Below, piece by piece: positions 8,285 to 15,653 of a stretch of 39,049 nt of DNA. The stretch spans positions 1 through 39,049 of the forward strand of contig JAFPUA010000158.1 of NCBI GenBank assembly GCA_017413305.1, in the 5' to 3' direction. A program made the position numbers and the translations under genes. The DNA comes from Candidatus Ruminimicrobiellum caprinum (GTDB lineage Bacteria > Elusimicrobiota > Endomicrobiia > Endomicrobiales > Endomicrobiaceae). Below the pieces are notes generated by a model, which saw only the letters and a list, made by a program, of their open reading frames with translations, was not told where the DNA came from and did not search any database. Positions within the stretch are counted from its first letter, which is position 1. Each line of letters starts with the position of its first letter.

Positions 8285-10225
8285 ATGTCTAATCTTCATT
8301 TAGTTACCGGGTATGCCGGTGTTGAACACGTTACTTCCAATGACCACGGTTCACTTAATGCCGCTATCATGGGGAATGGTGAATTTGTTCTTGAACGGGG
8401 TAACCAATTTGCTGCAAGCATTCAATCTAATAATAAGGTTAGGGTTCTTGATGGTGATATGCTTATGCAAGGTAGGCATATTAGACTTAAAGAAAACACC
8501 TATGTTGATCTAAACTTTGATAACGGAACACAAGGTTACAAGCGCCTTGATTTAATTGTTGTACGTTATTCAAAGAGTTCAACCACAGATGTTGAAGAAG
8601 CAAATCTTGTAGTTATCAAAGGTACACCTTCTGAAACATCTTATAATGTACCTGATAAAATTACCGGGGATATTCTTAACGAAAGCGCACTTGAAAATGA
8701 TACCGTTCTTTACAGGGTGAAATTTGATGGGCTGAATATTCAGCCGCTTGAAAAGGTGTTTGAAACAATTACCACCTTGGAAACCCTTGAAGAAGATATT
8801 CAAGATACTATTGATGAAATGGTTGAAGATGCGGAAGAAAGGGTTTCAGAAGCAATAGGGCAGCTTTGCACCTTAACCATTACCACGGATGAAAGATTGA
8901 TTGGTTTATCTATAACCTGTACTAATGGGGAAGATACCTTTACCAAAACAGTTCCAGATACTAAAAAAGTTGTTTTCAATCTTCCTTCCCTTGGAACATG
9001 GACGGTTAATAACCCGGTTAAGCAGCAAACCAAAAGTGTTGTCATGCAGTATTACGGGGAATATAACCTTGAACTTTCTGGATATACAAAGCTTTCTGCA
9101 ATCATTGATTTCAGTAAGTCAAACCCTGATTCCATGGTTACTTATGCGGATGAACTTGAAGGATTTACCAAGAAAAGTGACGCAATTCTTAGCACCCCCA
9201 TTTTTGCAGCTTTGAAGAATTGTGTTCTTAACAATGGTGAAGTTGTAAAGTATTTGAACAAATCCAATTTCAGCAAGTATGAAGATGATACTTCTTCTGA
9301 CATTACCACTCTTGGTAATGATGTTATGCTTGAAATTGGGAAGCGTCTTGGTTATCTGATTGAATGGATTGATTCTAATAAGCTGAAAGTTTCCGTAACA
9401 GACAAACCCAATGATGCGGCTTATAAGTATGATGCTTTTTCACTGGATAGCTATAACGATTGCGATAAAATTTATATCGGTGTTTATAAAGGCTATGCAA
9501 GCGGAAATAAGGTTTATAGTTCCAGCGGTAAAGCGCCGACAGTTTCACAGACTATAACAACCTTCCGTTCTTGGTGTAGGGCAAGGGGTGACGGTTACCA
9601 ACAGCGCACATGGGGCAGCGTTAAACTCATGCAATGCCTGTATATTCTTTATACCGGAAACCTTAATTCACAGTCTGCTATTGGTTATGGCTATGTTAAT
9701 TCAAGTCATAATGCTGGCGTTAATACAGGTGGAACAAATGCTTATGGGTTCAATTCAGAAGTAATCAAAGGAACTAATCCTTCTTATATGACAGACCAAA
9801 ATCATCAAGTCAAGTGCCTTGGTATTGAAGATTTTTGGGGTAATTATTGGGAATTTGTTGATGGGCTTCATTCCGGGGCTAACAGGCAGATTCTTACTTG
9901 TGATATTGCCGCTAATTTCAATACAAGCGGTTCGGGATATGAAGATAATGGTAATGGCGGGGTTTCCGCTGATCTTGGAAATTATATGAGTATGGTTCAA
10001 GGCGGTTCAAATGCTGGATTTACCCCTAAAACTGTTAGCGGTTCTGAAACTACTTATCTATGCGATTATGCTTATTTGAGGGTGTCTTGTCTTGCTATTT
10101 TCGGTGGTGCGTGGAATAATACGGGTGGAGCCGGTGCTTTTCGGCTTGATCTTAGTTACGCTGATTCTTTATCCGGTGCCGGTGTCGCTTGTCGCCTGAT
10201 GTTTATGCACAAAGAAACAGCTTAA
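8285..10225 (+). CDS. Tail fibre / receptor-binding protein, DGR target (VR at its C-terminus)
   Basis: 646-aa ORF at the end of the tail block. The last ~47 codons (...YLRVSCLAIFGGAWNNTGGAGAFRLDLSYADSLSGAGVACRLMF...) match the downstream TR, with differences at TR adenines. Confidence 0.8.
   Translation: MSNLHLVTGYAGVEHVTSNDHGSLNAAIMGNGEFVLERGNQFAASIQSNNKVRVLDGDMLMQGRHIRLKENTYVDLNFDNGTQGYKRLDLIVVRYSKSSTTDVEEANLVVIKGTPSETSYNVPDKITGDILNESALENDTVLYRVKFDGLNIQPLEKVFETITTLETLEEDIQDTIDEMVEDAEERVSEAIGQLCTLTITTDERLIGLSITCTNGEDTFTKTVPDTKKVVFNLPSLGTWTVNNPVKQQTKSVVMQYYGEYNLELSGYTKLSAIIDFSKSNPDSMVTYADELEGFTKKSDAILSTPIFAALKNCVLNNGEVVKYLNKSNFSKYEDDTSSDITTLGNDVMLEIGKRLGYLIEWIDSNKLKVSVTDKPNDAAYKYDAFSLDSYNDCDKIYIGVYKGYASGNKVYSSSGKAPTVSQTITTFRSWCRARGDGYQQRTWGSVKLMQCLYILYTGNLNSQSAIGYGYVNSSHNAGVNTGGTNAYGFNSEVIKGTNPSYMTDQNHQVKCLGIEDFWGNYWEFVDGLHSGANRQILTCDIAANFNTSGSGYEDNGNGGVSADLGNYMSMVQGGSNAGFTPKTVSGSETTYLCDYAYLRVSCLAIFGGAWNNTGGAGAFRLDLSYADSLSGAGVACRLMFMHKETA
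10063..10204 (+). repeat. DGR variable region (VR)
   Basis: Gap-free 142-bp alignment to 10328..10469 (offset 265). By hand count there are 26 mismatches, and 25 of them fall at positions that are A in the TR. Confidence 0.9.
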
Positions 10226-10327
10226 TTACGTTCACGTTTTTTGTATATAGGTAGTACCGAAGTGACAAACAGCGTAAAAGGTTAGACCACATCACTTGAA
10301 TAATTGACAAAAACCACTTTTAAGAAA

Positions 10328-10469
10328 CGATTATGCTAATTTGAAGGTGTCTTGTCTTACTATTTTCAGTGGTAAATGGAATAATACGGGTAAAACCGGT
10401 ACTTTTCAACTTAATCTTAATAACACTGATTCTTTATCCAATACCAATGTCACTTGTCACCTATTGTTT
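10328..10469 (+). repeat. DGR template region (TR), non-coding template RNA
   Basis: Adenine-rich copy of the VR, containing AAT/AAC-type codons if translated. It lies 143 bp upstream of the RT gene. Confidence 0.9.
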
Positions 10470-10612
10470 TCCCAAAATAGGTATCTTCTTAGCAAGGTGA
10501 CGGTACTACCTTACCCCTTGGTAAAACAGGGAACTTAGAAATTCCCCATTATTCAGAACCGTATTAGTAACCGGTTCGCAGGTGAAAATTCGGGAAGGAA
10601 AACATCAAATAA

Positions 10613-11743
10613 ATGAAAAGGCATGGTAATATCTATGACAAAATCTGTTCTATAGAAAATTTGCGAGAAGCACACCGCAACGCAAGAAAGGATAAGTTGT
10701 TTTATAAAGAAGTTCAAATGGTTGATAGCAACCCTGATTACTACCTTACACAGATTCAAGAAATGCTATCAAGTGAAACCTATGAAGTTTCTGAATATAC
10801 TTATTCGGTCATTAATGACAAAGGCAAAAGCCGTGATCTTGCAAAATTACCATATTTCCCGGATAGAATTATTCAATGGGCTATTATGCTTCAAATTGAA
10901 CCCGTTTTCATGGAAACCTTTTGTTATCATACTTGTGCAAGCATTAAGCAAAGGGGAATAAGCCGGGTTGTTGATTTGATGCACGAATACTTAAAAGATA
11001 CGAAAAACACAACTTATTGTTTTAAGATGGATGTATCAAAATTTTATCCCAGTATTGACCATGATATTTTGAAGAAGCTGCTTAGAAAGAAATTCAAAGA
11101 TAAAAGGCTTCTTAAATTACTGGATAAGATTATTGATAGCGCAATTACAGAAACCGGTGTTCCAATAGGTTCTTATCTTTCACAATATCTTGCTAATTTC
11201 TACCTTTCATATTTTGACCATTGGATGAAAGAAGAATTACATCTTAAATATGTAGTTCGTTACATGGATGATATTGTTGTTTTATCAAGTTCAAAGCTGC
11301 ATTTACATATTGTTCAAGCGCAAGTTAAACAGTATTTGAACACGGAACTAAATCTAACAATTAAACCGAATTATCAAATATTCCCCGTTGAAAAACGGGG
11401 AATTGATTTTGTCGGATTCCGTTTCTATCATGGGAAAACCTTATTGAGAAAGTCAACCTATAAGAAGATGAAACGAAAGATGCGGAAGATATTGAAGAAG
11501 CAGATGAAGAATCAGCTAATCAATTATTCTGAATTCTGTTCAATCAATTCTTATGCCGGTTGGCTTAAATTATGTGATGGTTACCGCCTTTCACAGAAAT
11601 ACATTATTCCGGTAATACCTTCTTTATTGCGCTATTACAAAGAAATCATTCTTGGAAATAGCAAGAAATCCCCTATAAAGAAGGAAAATGCTTTTATCAA
11701 ATATAAAGAAAACTTGATTAAGAAAGGATTGCTTCAAGAATGA
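10613..11743 (+). CDS. DGR reverse transcriptase
   Basis: 376 aa with the YMDD catalytic box (VRYMDDIVVL) and the DGR-type motif 4, IGSYLSQ (VPIGSYLSQYLANFYL). Adjacent to the TR. Confidence 0.9.
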   Translation: MKRHGNIYDKICSIENLREAHRNARKDKLFYKEVQMVDSNPDYYLTQIQEMLSSETYEVSEYTYSVINDKGKSRDLAKLPYFPDRIIQWAIMLQIEPVFMETFCYHTCASIKQRGISRVVDLMHEYLKDTKNTTYCFKMDVSKFYPSIDHDILKKLLRKKFKDKRLLKLLDKIIDSAITETGVPIGSYLSQYLANFYLSYFDHWMKEELHLKYVVRYMDDIVVLSSSKLHLHIVQAQVKQYLNTELNLTIKPNYQIFPVEKRGIDFVGFRFYHGKTLLRKSTYKKMKRKMRKILKKQMKNQLINYSEFCSINSYAGWLKLCDGYRLSQKYIIPVIPSLLRYYKEIILGNSKKSPIKKENAFIKYKENLIKKGLLQE

Positions 11744-12027
11744 AAGATTTAGGTGTTGTTCATGGAAGCGGATTACAGGCTAAACCGGTAATCTATTCAG
11801 ATGATACGGTTTATGTTCACACTGATATTAAGCAGCTTGAAGAATATGGTGGTGAACCTGTTCAAGACTTCTTTGAATATCATGAATATCAATATGATGT
11901 TCAAGAATGGTTTGAATTAATCGGGGATGAAAACAGTTCCTTGAAAGCTGATCTTCTGGACACACAGGAACAGCTTACAGATACACAGCTTGCCCTTGTA
12001 GAAGTATATGAATTGATTGGGGGTTAA
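11740..12027 (+). CDS. Hypothetical acidic protein, translationally coupled to the RT
   Basis: 95-aa ORF whose ATG overlaps the RT stop (ATGA). Very acidic, with 4 Lys and no Arg. Confidence 0.4.
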   Translation: MKDLGVVHGSGLQAKPVIYSDDTVYVHTDIKQLEEYGGEPVQDFFEYHEYQYDVQEWFELIGDENSSLKADLLDTQEQLTDTQLALVEVYELIGG

Positions 12028-12031
12028 TGTC

Positions 12032-12142
12032 ATGGCTAAAGTGTATGCTGATCTAATTAGAAAGGGCTTAAAAACTCTTGACGATGTTCCCGAAAAGTTG
12101 CGGGAAGAAGTCAGAAAAATTCTTGAAGGTGATAACCGGTGA
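12032..12142 (+). CDS. XkdX-like small phage protein
   Basis: 36-aa ORF absent from the track (too short): MAKVYADLIRKGLKTLDDVPEKLREEVRKILEGDNR. This pattern is typical of XkdX-family proteins found after tail fibre genes in Firmicutes phages. Confidence 0.5.
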   Translation: MAKVYADLIRKGLKTLDDVPEKLREEVRKILEGDNR

Positions 12143-12186
12143 TAAACTGGATTATCATAATTCTGTTTGGAAAGAAGGTGTATGAA

Positions 12187-12327
12187 ATGGCTGTTGTCTA
12201 TGCAACCCTTATCATCAAGGGCAAGAAAACTATCAATGATGTTCCTATCAGAATTCGTGAACAGGTCAAACAGGTTCTAATTGATTTGGATTTGCCCGAA
12301 TTAGCAGAAGAAACCGAAGGGGTATAA
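12187..12327 (+). CDS. XkdX-like small phage protein (second paralog)
   Basis: An internal ATG with RBS gaaggtg gives MAVVYATLIIKGKKTINDVPIRIREQVKQVLIDL..., which parallels the 12032 ORF. Confidence 0.5.
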   Translation: MAVVYATLIIKGKKTINDVPIRIREQVKQVLIDLDLPELAEETEGV

Positions 12328-12348
12328 AAACATACTACCCTAACACCA

Positions 12349-12391
12349 AAAGCGCCTATATGAGCTTATATAAAGCTTACATAGGCGCTTT
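12349..12391 (+). terminator. Hairpin, possible terminator between the XkdX-like genes and the holin
   Basis: The arm aaagcgcctat (12349..12359) pairs perfectly with ataggcgcttt (12381..12391). The T tract that follows is short. Confidence 0.45.
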
Positions 12392-12417
12392 ACTCTTAAC
12401 AGAAAGGAATTATTAAA

Positions 12418-12837
12418 ATGAAAGCTTCAATTTGTGCGGGAATCGGGATTATTGGTGGTTTTATCGCTTCCCAATTTGGGGGGTGGGATGCCGCTTTGAC
12501 CACACTTATTATTTTTATGTGCGTTGATTACATTTCCGGTATTGTGGTTGCCGGGGTATTTCACGCTTCCAAGAAAAGTGAAACCGGGGCGCTTGAGAGC
12601 CGTGCCGGTTGGAAGGGTTTGATTAGAAAGTGTTTTACCCTTCTGTTTGTGCTGGTTGCTCATAGGCTTGATTTAGCTATTGGAGTTGAATATATCCGTG
12701 ATACCGTCATTATTGGATTTATGGCTAATGAACTGATTTCCATTGTAGAAAATGCCGGTTTGATGGGTATTCCGCTTCCCCCGGCTATTACCAAAGCTAT
12801 TGATATTCTTACCCGGAAACAGGAAGAAGGAAAATAA
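12418..12837 (+). CDS. Holin (phage_holin_4_1 / toxin secretion-lysis holin type)
   Basis: 139 aa with multiple TM segments. Motifs CVDYISGIVVAG and ANELISIVENAGLMGIP are typical of this holin family. It lies directly upstream of the endolysin. Confidence 0.8.
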   Translation: MKASICAGIGIIGGFIASQFGGWDAALTTLIIFMCVDYISGIVVAGVFHASKKSETGALESRAGWKGLIRKCFTLLFVLVAHRLDLAIGVEYIRDTVIIGFMANELISIVENAGLMGIPLPPAITKAIDILTRKQEEGK

Positions 12838-12840
12838 AAA

Positions 12841-13686
12841 ATGACCGCTGTTGAAAAAATTGTTGCCCTTGCAAATTCGGAAGTTGGTTATCATGAAAAA
12901 GCTTCCAATGCAAGCCTTGACGATAAAACAGCTAACAGCGGAACAGGCAATTACACCAAGTATGCCCGTGATCTTGATGCAATCCCCAATTTTTACAACG
13001 GCAAGAAAAACGGGTATGCTTGGTGTGATATTTTTGTTGATTGGTTATTTGTCAAGTGCTTTGGCGCTGCTTTGGCTATGCGGATGCTGTATCAGCCTAC
13101 TTACAGCGCCGGGGCGGGTTGTCTTTATTCAGCCCAATACTATAAGCAGAACGGTGCTTTTAACAATATCCCGGAAGTTGGTAATCAAATCTTTTTCAGC
13201 TACAGCGCCGGGGAAGTTTCCCATACCGGTATTGTGGTTGCTGTTGACGGGAACACGGTAACAACCGTTGAAGGTAATAGTTCTGATGGTACTTATCGAA
13301 GAACCTATAACCGGAACATTGGCAGTATTTACGGTTACGGAAAACCCAATTATGCCCTTGCTGGAAATGTAGATGAATCAGCGGAACAGGCTACAGGTGA
13401 AGCACAAACCCCCGTTACCCCTTCCACCCCTTCCACCCCGGTAACCGGAACAATGGTAACTGTTGAATTACCCCTTTTGAAAAAGGGCGCTATTAATGAT
13501 TCTGTTGAAGCAGTTCAAACCCTGTTAGAACATTGGGGTTACAGTTGCGGAAGATGGGGTATTGATGGTGATTTTGGAAATGACACAGAAGCAGCGGTTA
13601 AAGAGTTCCAGACACAGCACTATTTAACCGCTGATGGTGAGGTTGGAAATATGACCTATAAGGCGCTTTTTGGCCTTTTTTCGTGA
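12841..13686 (+). CDS. Endolysin: N-terminal CHAP amidase/peptidase plus C-terminal PG_binding_1 domain
   Basis: Catalytic-type Cys (YAWCDIFVDW) and His (GEVSHTGIVV). A Pro/Thr linker precedes the C-terminal ...AVQTLLEHWGY...IDGDFGNDTEAAVKEFQ... peptidoglycan-binding repeat. Confidence 0.85.
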   Translation: MTAVEKIVALANSEVGYHEKASNASLDDKTANSGTGNYTKYARDLDAIPNFYNGKKNGYAWCDIFVDWLFVKCFGAALAMRMLYQPTYSAGAGCLYSAQYYKQNGAFNNIPEVGNQIFFSYSAGEVSHTGIVVAVDGNTVTTVEGNSSDGTYRRTYNRNIGSIYGYGKPNYALAGNVDESAEQATGEAQTPVTPSTPSTPVTGTMVTVELPLLKKGAINDSVEAVQTLLEHWGYSCGRWGIDGDFGNDTEAAVKEFQTQHYLTADGEVGNMTYKALFGLFS

Positions 13687-13767
13687 TACTAATGTGTTAT
13701 TTTTACCCCTGTTTTGTGGGTGCTTGTGCAAGCTTGAAATGCTTGAAATACTGGACTTTTTAGCCCG

Positions 13768-13795
13768 TTGCAAACCTTAAAATTTATGATATAAT
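13768..13795 (+). promoter_or_regulatory. SigmaA-type promoter candidate (TTGCAA-16-TGaTATAAT)
   Basis: The -35 TTGCAA is at 13768..13773 and the -10 TATAAT at 13790..13795, preceded by TGa. Confidence 0.4.
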
Positions 13796-13803
13796 ATAAA
13801 CAG

Positions 13804-13846
13804 AAATAGCGGGAAATGCTTGTTTTTAGGGCATTTCCCGCTATTT
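13804..13846. terminator. Perfect 16-bp-stem hairpin, likely bidirectional terminator between the endolysin and the integrase
   Basis: The arm aaatagcgggaaatgc (13804..13819) pairs with gcatttcccgctattt (13831..13846) around an 11-nt loop. T-rich sequence lies on the plus side, and the gene ends are convergent. Confidence 0.65.
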
Positions 13847-13851
13847 TGTTA

Positions 13852-14889
13852 TTAATTAGTGATTAGTTCAATATTCTTTCTCAGTTCATCAATGTTTTTA
13901 TGGGTATAAACTCTTTCGCCGGTTTCCTTAGATTTATGACCCATTAACCTATCAATACAAACCTTATTTGCCCCGGCTGAATCAAGCCTTGATCTAAAGG
14001 TATGCCGGGTTTCATGGGGTGTATGTTCCATTTCAAGTTGCTGCATTAAGGTGTTCCAGATTTCCCGGTATTGACTAACGCTTAGTTTCTTTCCTTGGTA
14101 TTCAAACAGGTAACCGCTTTTAGATTGGTTTATCCGTTGTTCAACTATAGGTTGAATTTTTGAATGAATCGGAACAATCCGGTTCTTTCCCGCCGCTGTT
14201 TTAGTTCCCCCGGTAATAGTCTTTTCCTTTTGGTCAATATTTGAAATCTTAATTTCAAGAACTTCCGAAATTCTAAAACCGGTGTAAAGGAAGAAAGCTA
14301 ATGAATCTGCATAAGGTAATTGCTGGTTATCCCAAACCCGTTTTACTTCTTCATCTGTGAAAATCGTTTTAGTAGTTTCCGGGATGCTTTCAGAAGTCAG
14401 AAGGTCAGAACAGCATTTTTGAATAATGTCTAATTCAGAAGCAAACCGGTCAAGATGCCCCCAAAGGTTTTTAATTGCCCCTTGTGTGCTGTACCCATGT
14501 CCACAATTATCAATGCAATCTTGCATATGATAAGATTTGATTTGGTTATAGCGGTATTTTTCATATTTTTGACAATGCTTATAAGCTGATTTTAAAGAAC
14601 AAAGGTTTGATCTACCAAGTTTAATAGCACGTTTTTCAAGCCAAAGTTCATAAAGTTCTTTTAAGGTGATCTTTGCAGCGTCTATATCCCATGGGGATTT
14701 GTTGTATTCCGCAAGCATGATTAACCCGGCTTCTTTGGTTTCCGTATAGCCGATATTGATTAGAATGGGATAACCTTTTTCATTCTTCCCATTGCTTTTC
14801 CTTACCGCCCATGGTTTACGGCGATTTCCAGACAGCTTAACAACTGTACCATATCCATTAGGATTTTTCATGATTTCATTCCCTTTCAT
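13852..14889 (-). CDS. int: Tyrosine integrase
   Basis: Contains TGFRISEVLE (box I Arg), HETRHTFRS (HxxR), LMGHKS and VYTH (catalytic Tyr). The probable true start is the ATG at 14871 (MKNPNGYG), which has the RBS aaaggga. Confidence 0.9.
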   Translation of the reverse strand: MKGNEIMKNPNGYGTVVKLSGNRRKPWAVRKSNGKNEKGYPILINIGYTETKEAGLIMLAEYNKSPWDIDAAKITLKELYELWLEKRAIKLGRSNLCSLKSAYKHCQKYEKYRYNQIKSYHMQDCIDNCGHGYSTQGAIKNLWGHLDRFASELDIIQKCCSDLLTSESIPETTKTIFTDEEVKRVWDNQQLPYADSLAFFLYTGFRISEVLEIKISNIDQKEKTITGGTKTAAGKNRIVPIHSKIQPIVEQRINQSKSGYLFEYQGKKLSVSQYREIWNTLMQQLEMEHTPHETRHTFRSRLDSAGANKVCIDRLMGHKSKETGERVYTHKNIDELRKNIELITN

Positions 14890-15015
14890 TGACTTTTGGG
14901 GATGAAGTGATTATAATGAACAGTGCATAGCCCATAGAAATCATTTCATCCTTGGTTTCTTTGGTTATTCATCCCGCCCGGTTGACTGTTGCAGCAGTTG
15001 ACCGGGCAATTTTTT

Positions 15016-15219
15016 GTTCCGCTATGTTCCGTTGTTCCGCATGATTTCCTTATACTGTATATTATATATTTTCTTTTTATTTCCTTGAAAGGTTTTATAA
15101 GGTTCTTATAAGGTTATTTAATAAGAACATTGTAAGTTAATCGGAACAGCGGAACAAATTATAGATTTATTAGTATTTTAAGCGGAACAGGCAACGGAAC
15201 AACAGAGGAACAGCGGAAC
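15016..15219. repeat. GTTCCG/CGGAAC motif array A: 3 forward copies, AT-rich core, 5 exact plus 2 degenerate inverted copies
   Basis: GTTCCG occurs at 15016, 15026 and 15034. CGGAAC occurs at 15142, 15150, 15183, 15195 and 15214. Degenerate copies are aGGAAC at 15206 and CGGAAt at 15227. The region is an ORF-free intergenic stretch. Confidence 0.7.
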
Positions 15220-15221
15220 AG

Positions 15222-15653
15222 TTAAACGGAATTTCCCCGCTTATAAATTAAATATCTTTGATTTCTTTCATCCATATAGGGGGTATAAGGTTCAATATCA
15301 TCAAAGAATTTTTGAAACTTTCGCTTCTTTCCTTGTTCCGTTTTCATTTGATTAGCTTCTTCCCAAATTTTGTTATATGCCCGGATTATAAAATCATAAA
15401 TCATTTCTTGCTTATCTTTTTCAAAAGCCGTTTGCATTTCTTCCGGGTTCACAGTTAAAGGAACTTCTTTGGAAAGAACATCTAAAGTATTAATTGCTTT
15501 ATGGAACACTTTTATTCTGGAAAAGAAAACATCCGGGTTAGTTGTATTTTGAAGAATTTCAGAAGATTCTTGCAAAATTCTAATAGCGTTTTCCGCTTCT
15601 TTGGCGGTTAAGGGATTAATTGATTTCTTTTTATTAAACAATCCCATAATCAT
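15222..15653 (-). CDS. Hypothetical protein co-oriented with and coupled to the repressor gene
   Basis: 143-aa ORF. Its start overlaps the repressor stop (ATGA). No recognisable motif. Confidence 0.45.
   Translation of the reverse strand: MIMGLFNKKKSINPLTAKEAENAIRILQESSEILQNTTNPDVFFSRIKVFHKAINTLDVLSKEVPLTVNPEEMQTAFEKDKQEMIYDFIIRAYNKIWEEANQMKTEQGKKRKFQKFFDDIEPYTPYMDERNQRYLIYKRGNSV

Larger units (their letters stand above)
10063..11743 (+). mobile_element. Diversity-generating retroelement cassette (VR - TR - RT)
   Basis: This is the combination of the three features above. Confidence 0.85.

Noticed and set aside
10341-10538. 65-aa plus-strand ORF (MKVSCLTIFSGKWNNTGKTGTFQLNLNNT...)
   Set aside because: It is the DGR template region read as protein. 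It is a paralogous, adenine-rich copy of the tail-fibre C-terminus, has no RBS, and is best explained as non-coding template RNA.
11740-12027. Possible Avd accessory protein of the DGR
   Set aside because: It is strongly acidic with no arginine. Avd proteins are small, basic four-helix bundles. It is kept as a hypothetical RT-coupled ORF only.
14977-15016. Hairpin plus T6 considered as a tRNA fragment or attP core
   Set aside because: No T-loop or acceptor-like sequence (GGTTCGAATCC...CCA) is recognisable. No tRNA or rRNA genes were seen anywhere in the window. The hairpin is noted only as part of the array A finding.
15016-15219. GTTCCG arrays (also 30782..31059) considered as a CRISPR array
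   Set aside because: The units are 6-8 bp, occur in both orientations and are irregularly spaced. There are no 25-40 bp repeats, no unique spacers and no cas genes.
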